Source of the DNA: an uncultured Collinsella sp.
GTDB taxonomy: Bacteria > Actinomycetota > Coriobacteriia > Coriobacteriales > Coriobacteriaceae
Reading direction: 5' to 3'
Length of the DNA: 56,838 nucleotides
NCBI GenBank assembly: GCA_900546525.1
Contig: URDE01000001.1
Coordinates: 1 to 56,838, forward strand
The translations under genes were made by a program, and so were the position numbers. Shown one piece after another: positions 1 through 9,048 of this stretch; within the stretch, counting starts at the first letter, position 1, and every line of letters begins with the position of its first letter. The notes beneath the pieces are model-generated. The model searched no databases, had not been told where the DNA came from, and saw only the letters and a list, made by a program, of their open reading frames with translations.

Positions 1-27
1 GTGACAAAGGGACCGTCCCTTTGTCAC
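1..27. repeat. REP-like perfect palindrome GTGACAAAGGGA-CCG-TCCCTTTGTCAC
   Basis: 12-bp perfect inverted repeat with 3-nt loop at the window start. Confidence 0.7.
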
Positions 28-54
28 ATTTTTTGTATGAGGGGAGGTGTTGAT

Positions 55-435
55 ATGGATGAGAACAAGATGGGCTGGCGCGAGTATGCGCGCTATGCCG
101 AGATGTCGGCCGAAGAGTTGGCGCGCGATTGCGAGGTGCAGGTGTTTCGCGCGACGGGTCCGGGTGGACAGGGCGTGAACACGACGGATTCAGCGGTGCG
201 CATGAAACATATCCCTTCGGGGATTACCGTGACGGCGCGCGAGAGCCGCAGCCAGTTCCAAAATCGTAGCAGCTGCCTGCGTAAGCTGCGCGCCGAGCTG
301 GGGCGTCGCGGGCGTCCACCGCGCCGACGCGTAAAGACCAAGGTGCCTCAGCGCTCTCGCCAGCGCAGGCTCAACGACAAACACTTCAACGCCATTAAAA
401 AGGCCAACCGACGCAAACCGGGCAGGGAGGAATGA
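55..435 (+). CDS. arfB: Release-factor-like ribosome rescue peptidyl-tRNA hydrolase (ArfB/YaeJ family)
   Basis: [18 protein letters not shown] motif, highly basic C-terminal tail, GGGGAGG RBS before ATG 55. Confidence 0.8.
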   Translation: MDENKMGWREYARYAEMSAEELARDCEVQVFRATGPGGQGVNTTDSAVRMKHIPSGITVTARESRSQFQNRSSCLRKLRAELGRRGRPPRRRVKTKVPQRSRQRRLNDKHFNAIKKANRRKPGREE

Positions 436-444
436 TCTTCTCAA

Positions 445-515
445 TAAGTTGCGGTGAAATAGGGACTGTTTTGCGGCTTTAGCTGCATAAACAGTCCCTA
501 TTTCACCGCAACTTA
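445..515. repeat. Solo copy of REP-like hairpin family TAAGTTGCGGTGAAATAsGGACT
   Basis: 27-bp perfect inverted repeat (445-471 / 489-515) between two convergent stop codons; same family at 17542, 18827 and a half copy at 56739. Confidence 0.9.
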
Positions 516-522
516 GGTTGGG

Positions 523-1485
523 TTAGCGGGTGGGGCGCCAGACATGGAGGGCGCCGGCGAGGATGTCGACCTCGATGCGCGAGGCGACGATGGGCTCGCC
601 GTCGGCTTGGATGGGGTAGTCTGGCTCCTCAAAAGTGAGCTCGGCATGGCGGCATCGGCGTATGCGAACCGGTGGCAGCTTGGTATGGTGGCCGTCCTTG
701 GCCGAAAGGAACATAGGCAGGGCAACCGCGCGAGGGACAGGGCCGCATGCGTAGCAGACGTCGAGCACGCCGTCGCAGGGGTCGGCATCGGGGCAGATGC
801 GATAGCCCGAGCCATAGGTGGGACCAAGCTGAATCGCCATGATGATCGCCCTCACGCGCTCGGCGGGCGCGCCGTCAAAGCTGACTGTCATGGAGTAGTT
901 GCGATAGCGCAGGCCAAACTGCTCAAGTCCCGAAAGGGTGTAGAGCGGAGCGCCCGTCAAGCCGGTCTTTTTGCGCAGCTCGGTGGTGCCAAGGCCGATG
1001 GCGGCATCGATGCCGACCGAAAGCGTCTGGTCGTAGTACTCAACGGTAGCCTCGCCGCTACCGCTTGCGGGGTTCCATGAGCGAATGCGCCCGATGTCCT
1101 GACGCTGCAGCTCGCAGGTGAGCAGCGCGCCAAAATCCTTGCCGGAGAAATCGTCGATGCCGAGCGTTTGGGCAAAATCGTTACCGGAGCCTACGGGTAG
1201 GATGGCAAGAGCGGGACGGACCGCCTCGTTCTGCGTCATGAGTCCATTGACGACCTCGTGGATCACGCCGTCGCCGCCAAGGGCGATAACGGTGCGATAG
1301 CCCTGAGCCTGTGCGGCCAGCTCCTCGGCGTGTCCCATGCGCTCGGTCAGCACCAGGTCAAACTGGGATGCGCGTGCAGTCATGTCCAAAAAGCGCTGCA
1401 GGCGCTCGGCAACTTCGCGCGCGGCGCCCGACTGGGCGGCTGGGTTGGCGATGATGAGCGTGCGACCAAAATCAGTTGCGTGCAT
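523..1485 (-). CDS. Diacylglycerol/lipid kinase family protein (YegS/DagK-like)
   Basis: ANPAAQSG, GGDGVIHEVVNG, PVGSGNDFA and QADGE motifs; start at MHATDF is inferred. Confidence 0.88.
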   Translation of the reverse strand: MHATDFGRTLIIANPAAQSGAAREVAERLQRFLDMTARASQFDLVLTERMGHAEELAAQAQGYRTVIALGGDGVIHEVVNGLMTQNEAVRPALAILPVGSGNDFAQTLGIDDFSGKDFGALLTCELQRQDIGRIRSWNPASGSGEATVEYYDQTLSVGIDAAIGLGTTELRKKTGLTGAPLYTLSGLEQFGLRYRNYSMTVSFDGAPAERVRAIIMAIQLGPTYGSGYRICPDADPCDGVLDVCYACGPVPRAVALPMFLSAKDGHHTKLPPVRIRRCRHAELTFEEPDYPIQADGEPIVASRIEVDILAGALHVWRPTR

Positions 1486-1572
1486 GGGGCGACTCCCGGC
1501 GTGTGACGTGACGGTGCGGTCGCGCTCAGGTCGAATTGCCCCCGATTGTGGCTGCACGGCGAATACTAACGT

Positions 1573-2994
1573 CTACTCTATCAGGTCGTTGTGGCGCTCG
1601 ATAGCATCCGCCACCGTACCGCCCTCGTCCACAATAAGCGAGCGGCGCTTGGGTGAGATGATGCGCTGGGCGGGGTACACGCCGCGGTGCCCTCCGGTTA
1701 GGTAGCTGATAAAGGCCACGATGACAAAGAACCCGGCGGCCGTGCCGTGGAACAGGTCGATGGCCATCATGCAGGTGGTGATGGGCACGTTGAGGCCGGC
1801 GCAGAACACGCCGAGCATGCCCAGCGCCGCCAGAAAGCTGGGGTCGATACCGACGAGGCAACCGATCCAGCCGCCGAGCGCCGCACCGATACCAAACAGG
1901 GGCGTGACCTCGCCGCCTTGGAAGCCGGCGCCCAGGGTGAGCGCTGTGACGACCAACTTGATGGCTGCGTCCGCCAGGGTGGCGTTGCCGGCAAATCCAG
2001 CGCCGGAAAGCCACGTGGAAAGGCCGGCGTAGTCCCAGGCGTCGAGGAGGGCATAGGCGGCCAAAACCACGAGTGCGCCTATAAGTGCGCGAACGAGGTA
2101 ATTGGTGATAAAGCGACCGTACAGGCTCTTGACGGTTCGAACCGACCAGGCAAAGAGGCGTGCCGTCAGACCGAAGATAATGGCGCTGATAACAACGATG
2201 GCAACCGTCCGTGGTGTCATGTTGGGAACGCTGGCGATGACATTCGCTTCGTACTCGGTACCCAGGGCGAGTGATGTAAAGTAGCCGGTAAACGAGGCGA
2301 CCAGACAGTAGATGCCCGCGGTGTAGTCGATCTTGCCGATAAAACACATCTCCATGCCAAAGAACGCGCCGGCAAGGGGCGAACCGAATACGGCGCCAAA
2401 GGCCGACGAGATGCCGGCGAGCATGAGATCGTGGTGGTCATGCTTTTTGAGGTGGGCGAGGCTCGAGATGTTGCTGGCGATGGTGCCGCCAATCTGTACC
2501 GCGGCTCCCTCGCGACCGGCCGATCCGCCCGTTAGGTGCGTGAGCGTGGAGCAGGCGAAGGTGAGGACGGCCATGCGCATATGGATGAGACGTGTGCCCA
2601 GAGCGGAGTCGATGACCAGGTTGTTGCCTCGTTTGGCGGCAAGGCCGTGGTTTTTGTACACCCATGCGGTGGCCATGCCCACAACGGGAAGCAGCGCGTA
2701 AATCCATGCATGGTGCTCGCGATAGTCGGTCGCGATATTCAGAGAAGCCAAAAACGCCCAAGCGGCAACGCCCATGGCGAGCGAGACGATGACGACGAGT
2801 ACGAGCAGCTTGGCGCTCGCGAGTAGGTTGCGGGCGTTGCGGCGCGTGTCGGCAGCCAAGAGATGCTCGGAGCGGGTGAGCTGTTGCCTGCCTGCCATGA
2901 TGACGTCGCTAAGGGAGAAAAGGCCGCCGTCGTCGAGCGGCTGGGAATGATCCTGCGCCTCGTTTGCGCTTTCGGGTTTGTCGTTATGAGCCAT
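1573..2994 (-). CDS. CLC (EriC) family anion channel/antiporter, fluoride-type (CLC-F) signature
   Basis: Multiple TM segments; GNNLV, GREGA and GGEVTP motifs; AGAGG RBS before ATG 2994. Confidence 0.85.
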   Translation of the reverse strand: MAHNDKPESANEAQDHSQPLDDGGLFSLSDVIMAGRQQLTRSEHLLAADTRRNARNLLASAKLLVLVVIVSLAMGVAAWAFLASLNIATDYREHHAWIYALLPVVGMATAWVYKNHGLAAKRGNNLVIDSALGTRLIHMRMAVLTFACSTLTHLTGGSAGREGAAVQIGGTIASNISSLAHLKKHDHHDLMLAGISSAFGAVFGSPLAGAFFGMEMCFIGKIDYTAGIYCLVASFTGYFTSLALGTEYEANVIASVPNMTPRTVAIVVISAIIFGLTARLFAWSVRTVKSLYGRFITNYLVRALIGALVVLAAYALLDAWDYAGLSTWLSGAGFAGNATLADAAIKLVVTALTLGAGFQGGEVTPLFGIGAALGGWIGCLVGIDPSFLAALGMLGVFCAGLNVPITTCMMAIDLFHGTAAGFFVIVAFISYLTGGHRGVYPAQRIISPKRRSLIVDEGGTVADAIERHNDLIE

Positions 2995-3204
2995 ACGTTC
3001 CTCTTTTAGGTTGCAACGCAAGCATTATAAAACGCGGTAAACGCGACGAGCCGGTGGGTTGGTTTCCATTCTGTTTCGCGGCCTGCAACCGACAGGTGTA
3101 TTTGCGGGTACAGGCCGAGTCGCGGTCGTGCGTCGGGGGATTATACTGAGAAAAGCATAAAGAATTGGCGCCCGTGTTGCGCGCCGTGGCATTAAGAGGT
3201 GCAT

Positions 3205-4467
3205 ATGGCAGAGAAACTCATTCCGCTGGAGGACGCGCAGTCGATTGTCCTGTCGCACGTTGCTCCGACCGATCTCGTCGAGATTCCCGTGTGGCAGGCG
3301 GCTGGTTTTCCCTTGGCCGAGGATGCTGTGGCCGATATCGACATTTCGCCGTTTGCCAACAGCGCCATGGACGGGTATGCCGTGCGCTCGGCGGACTTGG
3401 CGCAGGCATCTGGCGAGGCGCCAGTGACGCTCGACGTTATCGGACACGAGGCCGCGGGCCATGTGTTTGAGGGCGCAATCGGCGCGGGCGAGACGGTCCG
3501 CATCATGACGGGCGCGCCGGTGCCCGAGGGTGCGGATGCCGTGGTGAAATACGAAATCGTCGACGTGCTCGATGGCGACGGCAACGAGGGCTCGCACGTT
3601 CGCTTCTCGGCGCCTGCCAAGGTAGGGGAGAACGTTCGCTCTGCCGCCGAGGAGGCCCATGCCGGCGATGTTGTGATGCACGCCGGCGAGGTCGTGGCTC
3701 CGGCCGGCGCCGGCTTGCTGGCAAGCGCCGGATACGCGAGCGTGAAGGTGCACGCTGCCCCACGTGTGGGCATCATCTCGCTGGGCACGGAACTGGTCGC
3801 ACCGAGTAAGGTGCCGGCGCGCGGTCAGATCCGCGATTCCAACTCCTCGGCGTTGATGGCCGAGGCACTCGATGCAGGAGCCGAGCCCGTGTTCTACGGC
3901 ATCGCGCCCGATGATGAGCAGGTGATTGCCGAGCTGGTACATCGTGCCGTGCAGGAGTGCGATTTTGTCATTACGAGCGGTGGCGCCTCGGCGGGCGATT
4001 ACGACTATGTGACGGCGCTGGTCCAGCGCGAGGGCGAGGTGCTCTTCGATCGCATCTCGATGCGTCCGGGTAAGGCCATCACGTTTGGTTTTCTCGGGGG
4101 TAAGCCCTACCTGGGGCTTTCGGGCAATCCCGCGGCGGCGTATGTGGGCTTTGAGATGCTCGCCCGCCCGGCGATCCGCAAGATGCGCGGCTTTGCCGAG
4201 GGTACGCGTCCCGTGCAGCAGGCGATATTGACGCACGGCGTGAAGAAGCGCCAGGACCGACGCTTCTTCGATCGCGCCACGGTTTTGCGCGACCCTGAGA
4301 CCGGTGAGCTGTTGGTGACCGAGGCCAAGACGCAGAATTCGGCGTTGCTCGGCACGATGCAGCGGGCCAACTGCCTGCTGCGTATTGACGAAGGACCGTG
4401 CGAGCTCAAGGCGGGCGACGTCGTGGATGTCGTGCGTGTCGACCTGCATGAGGGCGCGGTGCTATAG
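3205..4467 (+). CDS. moeA: Molybdopterin molybdotransferase MoeA
   Basis: SAMDGYAV, IMTGAPVPEGADAVV, TSGGASAGDYD, MRPGK and GLSGNP motifs. Confidence 0.95.
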   Translation: MAEKLIPLEDAQSIVLSHVAPTDLVEIPVWQAAGFPLAEDAVADIDISPFANSAMDGYAVRSADLAQASGEAPVTLDVIGHEAAGHVFEGAIGAGETVRIMTGAPVPEGADAVVKYEIVDVLDGDGNEGSHVRFSAPAKVGENVRSAAEEAHAGDVVMHAGEVVAPAGAGLLASAGYASVKVHAAPRVGIISLGTELVAPSKVPARGQIRDSNSSALMAEALDAGAEPVFYGIAPDDEQVIAELVHRAVQECDFVITSGGASAGDYDYVTALVQREGEVLFDRISMRPGKAITFGFLGGKPYLGLSGNPAAAYVGFEMLARPAIRKMRGFAEGTRPVQQAILTHGVKKRQDRRFFDRATVLRDPETGELLVTEAKTQNSALLGTMQRANCLLRIDEGPCELKAGDVVDVVRVDLHEGAVL

Positions 4468-4477
4468 GAGGAATACT

Positions 4478-4957
4478 ATGGAGCTGAAGATTTCGATTGT
4501 GACGTGCTCGGATACACGCGATCTTGCTCAGGACGAGGCGGGTGCTGCGCTCGAGGAACTCATCGTGGCGCAGGGCTGGACGGTCGCCTCACATGTGGTC
4601 GTGCGCGACGACGCCAGCGAGATTGGTGATGCCATTGTGGAAGCCGCTGATGAGTGCCATGCCAATGTTGTGCTCACTTGCGGCGGCACGGGGCTTTCGA
4701 TGCGCGATGTGACGCCCGAGGCGACGCGTGCCGTCTGCGAGCGCGATGTGCCGGGTATTGCAGAGGCAATCCGTGCGTACTCTATGACCAAGACGCGCCG
4801 CGCCATGCTCTCGCGCGCCGTGTGCATGCAGCGTGGGCATACGCTTGTCATCAACTTTCCGGGATCCACGAAAGCGGCCCGCGAAAGCTGGGAGGCCGTG
4901 AGCGATCAGCTGGAGCATGCGGCCCAAATGACGGCGGGCGGCGGACATACCAACTAA
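4478..4957 (+). CDS. mogA: Molybdopterin adenylyltransferase MogA/MoaB family
   Basis: TCSD, TCGGTGLSMRDVTPEAT, LSRAV and NFPGS motifs; AGGAGG RBS. Confidence 0.9.
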   Translation: MELKISIVTCSDTRDLAQDEAGAALEELIVAQGWTVASHVVVRDDASEIGDAIVEAADECHANVVLTCGGTGLSMRDVTPEATRAVCERDVPGIAEAIRAYSMTKTRRAMLSRAVCMQRGHTLVINFPGSTKAARESWEAVSDQLEHAAQMTAGGGHTN

Positions 4958-5047
4958 GCGGTTTACCTGCGGCGGGGCGACCTGAACGGCTGCTCCGCCT
5001 TTGTTTTCCGCCGAAGCGACGCCAAGGGGCACTGCAACTCGAAACTA

Positions 5048-5100
5048 TATTCTCTGGCGAGAATAATTTCTCACTATCATTATTCTCGTAGAAGTATAAT
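5048..5100 (+). promoter_or_regulatory. AT-rich modA promoter with palindrome TATTCTC-N4-GAGAATA and TATAAT -10 box
   Basis: Perfect 7-bp IR at 5048-5065, second TATTCTC half-site at 5081, TATAAT at 5095-5100. Confidence 0.5.
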
Positions 5101-5160
5101 CTTATTACAGAATAAAGCCTGCGGTGGGGTACCCGGGCACAAGGTCCGAAAGGGTTGAAT

Positions 5161-6033
5161 ATGTTCGATATGGTTTCACGCCGCGGTTTTGTCTCGCTTT
5201 CTGCTGCCGCTGTCGCCGGCTTTGGCCTTGCTGGCTGCTCGGGCAAAAAGACGTCCGAGCCCGCTGGTTCCGATGCCGGTTCTGCTAAGGCATCTTCCAA
5301 GAAGGCTGTTGAGCTGCAGATCTTTGCTGCCAATTCGCTCGAGAAGGCCCTTCCCGAGGTCCAGGAGCTCTACACCGACCAGACCGGTACCACGTTTGCC
5401 GACACGCAGTTTAAGGCCTCCGGCGACCTTGTCGAGCAGATGCGTGCCGGTGCCACGGTTGACGTACTCATCACGGCCTCCAAGGGCACCATGGACGACG
5501 CCGAGGCCGCCGGACTCGTCGATGCCGACACCCGTGAGGATGTGTTCGTCAACGACCTTGTGATCATTCGCGCCGAGGGCTCCGACACCAAGGTCGAGGT
5601 CATCGACGACGTCGCGAATCTGGACGGCAAGATCGCCATTGGCGACGCCAAGACCGTCCCCGCCGGCAAGTACGCCAACCAGGCCCTGGCCTTCGTGGGC
5701 CTCTACACCGGCACCGAGGGCGACGACGGCGAGTATGCGCCCGAGATCGCCGATAAGGTTGCCCTGGCCGATAAGGTGGGCACCGCCGCCGCCTATGTGT
5801 CCACAGGCGACTGCGTGGCCGGTTTTGTCTACAGCTCTGACATCTTTCGCTACGACGGCATCGAGGAGGCCTTCGTGTGCCCCGAGGATTCGCACAAGCC
5901 CATCGTGTACCCGGGTGCCGTTGCCGAGAGCTCCGAGCACGCCGACGAGGCTAAGGCGTTCATCGACTTCTGTTTGACCAGCAAGAAGGCTCAGAAGATT
6001 TGGGCTAAGTACGGCTTTGAGCTTTCCGCGTAG
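5161..6033 (+). CDS. modA: Molybdate ABC transporter substrate-binding lipoprotein
   Basis: SRRGF...LAGC Tat/lipoprotein signal; FAANSL, ASGDL, VPAGKYA, GFVYSSD and PIVYP motifs. Confidence 0.93.
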   Translation: MFDMVSRRGFVSLSAAAVAGFGLAGCSGKKTSEPAGSDAGSAKASSKKAVELQIFAANSLEKALPEVQELYTDQTGTTFADTQFKASGDLVEQMRAGATVDVLITASKGTMDDAEAAGLVDADTREDVFVNDLVIIRAEGSDTKVEVIDDVANLDGKIAIGDAKTVPAGKYANQALAFVGLYTGTEGDDGEYAPEIADKVALADKVGTAAAYVSTGDCVAGFVYSSDIFRYDGIEEAFVCPEDSHKPIVYPGAVAESSEHADEAKAFIDFCLTSKKAQKIWAKYGFELSA

Positions 6034-6119
6034 TGCGGCTTGGCGCGATAATTCCATCGTTTTGTGTTTAACTCCGTCCTTGTATTCGCTTGGAGCTTTT
6101 CGTGCTTAATAGATTCCGC

Positions 6120-7544
6120 ATGCTTGTCGCCTGTGCTTTGACCTTCGCGCTTTGCTGGGTGCCGGGATTTGCGTTTGCTGGGGACGCTGAGGACGGGGCC
6201 CAGGTTGCTGCGACCGCTCATGGGCTTTCCTATGGGATCGAAGGTTTTGAGCGGTTGGCCAAGGGGACCGCTCGTGACATGGAGGGCCAGCCTGAGGGCT
6301 ACCGGTTTCCCGTTGACGAGGACGTGGACCTTGTGGTGGCGCCTGCTGCCGATCGCGTTGTGGTGTGGATATCGCCCAAGGCGGTCGAGAAGTTTGGATT
6401 GGATCCGCAGGACAACGAGTGCGCATCGGGTCTCAAAGCCCTCGTCTGTGAACTCGACAGCGCAAACTGCATGGGAGGTGCGCAGCTGGGGGACGTGGAT
6501 CTTCCTTGGTATGTTACGGCGGAAACAACGTTTGATGCCGGCGGGTATACCTATGGCTTTGACGAACGAGGTGCGGATGGGGACCGCTATGTGGTGATCG
6601 CATCAGCCTCGGGTGATGCCAAGAGCGGCGCGCGTTGGCTTGATAGCGCTCAAATGGTAGAAGCATCGTCTGTCGTGTTGCGGGATGAGCAGGCCCCCTT
6701 GACCTCTCTGGCCTCCTTTTTGGGCGACATCGACTATCGCCCGTTTTGGGTGTCCATTAAAACGTGCGGCCTTGCCCTGCTGATCTCCTTTGCGCTGGGC
6801 CTGTTCGCCGCGTGGAAGACTATGGGTACCTCGAGTCGCATCAAGGGCCTGCTCGATTCGGTCTTTACGATTCCTATGGTGCTGCCGCCCACGGTCTGCG
6901 GCTTTCTGCTCCTCATGCTGTTTGGCCGCTCGACCGGGGTGGGCCAGTGGCTCATCGCGCACGGTATCTCGATCGTCTTTACCTGGCCCGCGGCGGTGAT
7001 CTCTGCCGTGGTGGTGTCGTTCCCGCTCGTCTATCGTACGGCACTCGGAGCCTTCGAGAGCCTCGACACGCAGATGCTCGATGCGGCGCGCACGCTGGGC
7101 TGGTCCGAGTGTCGCATCTTCACCAAGCTTATGATGCCCCTTGGTTGGCCCTCAATCGCAGCGGGCACGGTGCTCGCCTTTGCCCGCGCGATGGGCGAGT
7201 TTGGCTGCACGCTGTTCTTTGCGGGCAACTATGCCGGCATTACCCAGACCATTCCCATCGCCATCTACTTTGAGTGGATGGGGGGCAACACGTCGGTAGC
7301 CCTCTTTTGGGTCGTGGTCGTAATTGCGTTCAGCTTCCTGGTCATTCTGTTCATCAATATGTACACCGCTCATTCGCAAAAGTATCGCGAGCGGGGCCTT
7401 TCCCGTGCGGAGCGCAAGCAGGCCAAGCAGCTGGGTGGCCAGGCCGATTCGCTCGACCCAGTCGGCGGCGATGCGCTGCGTATCGATCGCGAGGCGCTGG
7501 CCGAGCTCATGCGCGATGACGCCGTCTCGAAGGGAGGTCGATAG
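6120..7544 (+). CDS. modB: Molybdate ABC permease with a long extra N-terminal domain
   Basis: C-terminal half has PMVLPPTVCGF, DAARTLG and FARAMGEFG; N-terminal ~190 aa unrelated with signal-peptide-like start; start codon uncertain. Confidence 0.88.
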   Translation: MLVACALTFALCWVPGFAFAGDAEDGAQVAATAHGLSYGIEGFERLAKGTARDMEGQPEGYRFPVDEDVDLVVAPAADRVVVWISPKAVEKFGLDPQDNECASGLKALVCELDSANCMGGAQLGDVDLPWYVTAETTFDAGGYTYGFDERGADGDRYVVIASASGDAKSGARWLDSAQMVEASSVVLRDEQAPLTSLASFLGDIDYRPFWVSIKTCGLALLISFALGLFAAWKTMGTSSRIKGLLDSVFTIPMVLPPTVCGFLLLMLFGRSTGVGQWLIAHGISIVFTWPAAVISAVVVSFPLVYRTALGAFESLDTQMLDAARTLGWSECRIFTKLMMPLGWPSIAAGTVLAFARAMGEFGCTLFFAGNYAGITQTIPIAIYFEWMGGNTSVALFWVVVVIAFSFLVILFINMYTAHSQKYRERGLSRAERKQAKQLGGQADSLDPVGGDALRIDREALAELMRDDAVSKGGR

Positions 7545-7547
7545 GCC

Positions 7548-8618
7548 GTGTCGCTTGTCCTGGATATCAAAAAGCGCTTTCCGGGGTTTATGCTCGACAT
7601 GCAGCTTGAGGCCGGCGAGGAGCGTGTGGCGCTGCTGGGCGCCTCGGGTTGTGGCAAGAGCTGTACACTGCGCTGCATTGCCGGCGTGGAGACCCCCGAC
7701 GAGGGCAAGATCGTTGTCAACGGCGTGACCTTTTTTGACTCGGCGGCGGGCATCAACCTGTCGCCCCAGGAGCGTAAGTGTGCCCTGCTGTTCCAAAACT
7801 ATCAGCTGTTTCCCAACATGACGGTGGCCGATAACGTGTGCGCCGGTGTAAAGGACGCGGGCGACGCCGCCGCGCGCAAAAAGCTCGCCGAACGCTATCT
7901 GGGCATCTTTGGCCTGACCGATTTCGCCGACCGCTATCCCGCGCGTCTCTCGGGCGGCCAGCAGCAGCGCGTGGCGCTTGCCCGTATGGTGGCGGCGCAT
8001 CCGGGCATTTTTATGTTCGACGAGCCCATGAGCGCGCTCGATTCCTATCTTAAGAGCGCACTCGAGCAGAACATGCTCGACCTGTTCGATGTGTGCAACC
8101 GCACCGTGCTCTACGTGAGCCACGACATCGACGAAGCGTGCCGCCTGTGCCAGCGTATCTGCGTGATGCACGACGGGCATGTTGAGGAGATCGGCTCCAT
8201 TGAGGACGTGGTCCGCCGCCCGCAGACGCTGGCGGCGCTGCGCCTGACGGGCTGCAAGAATACAAGCCGGGCGCGCAAGATCGGCGACGAAGAAGTTGAA
8301 GCCCTCGACTGGGACATGACCTTTAACGTGGGCCGCGAGGTTCCCGATAATGTGGTGTACCTGGGCATTCGCGCAAGCTACTTCCATGTTGACAATCGTG
8401 CTGAGCGGGGTCGCAACAGCTACGACCTGCACGTGGCGCGCGTGAGCGATTCGCGTTTTGAGCGCCTGGTGCTGTTGGATGCGCCGCGGGCCGATGCGCC
8501 CACGCGTCTGCAGTGGAAGGTCAACAAAGTGGGCATGCCTGTCGACGAGCTACCGCAAGCAGGCGAGACGCTGCGCATGCATTTTGATGCCAGCAGGATC
8601 CATTTGGTTTGTCGATAG
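7548..8618 (+). CDS. modC: Molybdate ABC transporter ATPase
   Basis: Walker [26 protein letters not shown] and VSHD motifs. Confidence 0.92.
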   Translation: MSLVLDIKKRFPGFMLDMQLEAGEERVALLGASGCGKSCTLRCIAGVETPDEGKIVVNGVTFFDSAAGINLSPQERKCALLFQNYQLFPNMTVADNVCAGVKDAGDAAARKKLAERYLGIFGLTDFADRYPARLSGGQQQRVALARMVAAHPGIFMFDEPMSALDSYLKSALEQNMLDLFDVCNRTVLYVSHDIDEACRLCQRICVMHDGHVEEIGSIEDVVRRPQTLAALRLTGCKNTSRARKIGDEEVEALDWDMTFNVGREVPDNVVYLGIRASYFHVDNRAERGRNSYDLHVARVSDSRFERLVLLDAPRADAPTRLQWKVNKVGMPVDELPQAGETLRMHFDASRIHLVCR

Positions 8619-8752
8619 CGCCGGGTAATGCCGTCGGGGATATAAGCCTCGGCGGCTTTGTTTTTGTCGTTCGTCGAATGAGAGATGACAAACTCTTATC
8701 AATCAAGATAATTATTTATTAAACGACGGCACACGACGCTGTCGTACGAATG

Positions 8753-8790
8753 TCAACGGTGTTCGTCTGGACGACAACCGTTGATATAGT
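8753..8790 (+). promoter_or_regulatory. Putative promoter/operator of the selenium operon
   Basis: TCAACGGT (8753-8760) / ACCGTTGA (8777-8784) inverted repeat abutting a TATAGT -10-like box (8785-8790). Confidence 0.5.
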
Positions 8791-8820
8791 TACCTTCGAC
8801 GAGAAAAGGAGGGTGCGCCG

Positions 8821-8931
8821 GTGCTGCAGATGACATATTCGCGTCGCGTTGCCGCGCGCGCCCTGTATATGGCTCGGAGCCGCATATGAGCAGGTATGTT
8901 CACGGCTCCGGGAGAGACGACGCACAACTAA
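8821..8931 (+). CDS. Putative leader peptide with in-frame UGA (MLQMTYSRRVAARALYMARSRI-U-AGMFTAPGETTHN)
   Basis: AAGGAGG RBS 8806-8812, GTG 8821, TGA 8887-8889 followed by SECIS-like hairpin 8903-8919, TAA 8929-8931. Confidence 0.55.
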
Positions 8932-9048
8932 ATAATCGACCGCAAAGCAGGTTCCCTAAAATTCCGGGTTTAGGCGCGGCTGGGTTTTCGCCACCCACCG
9001 TGCAGCAATACCGTAGCTATTCAATTTTGGTTCGAGAGGGGAACCGTC

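Noticed and set aside
5100..5160. Moco riboswitch before modA or moeA
   Set aside because: Leaders are short and I cannot recognise the Moco RNA consensus
8938..8995. Resemblance to a c-di-GMP-I riboswitch (CGCAAAGC...CCTAAA...TTTAGG)
   Set aside because: The upstream GGCAAAC/GNRA stem is missing; only a partial match
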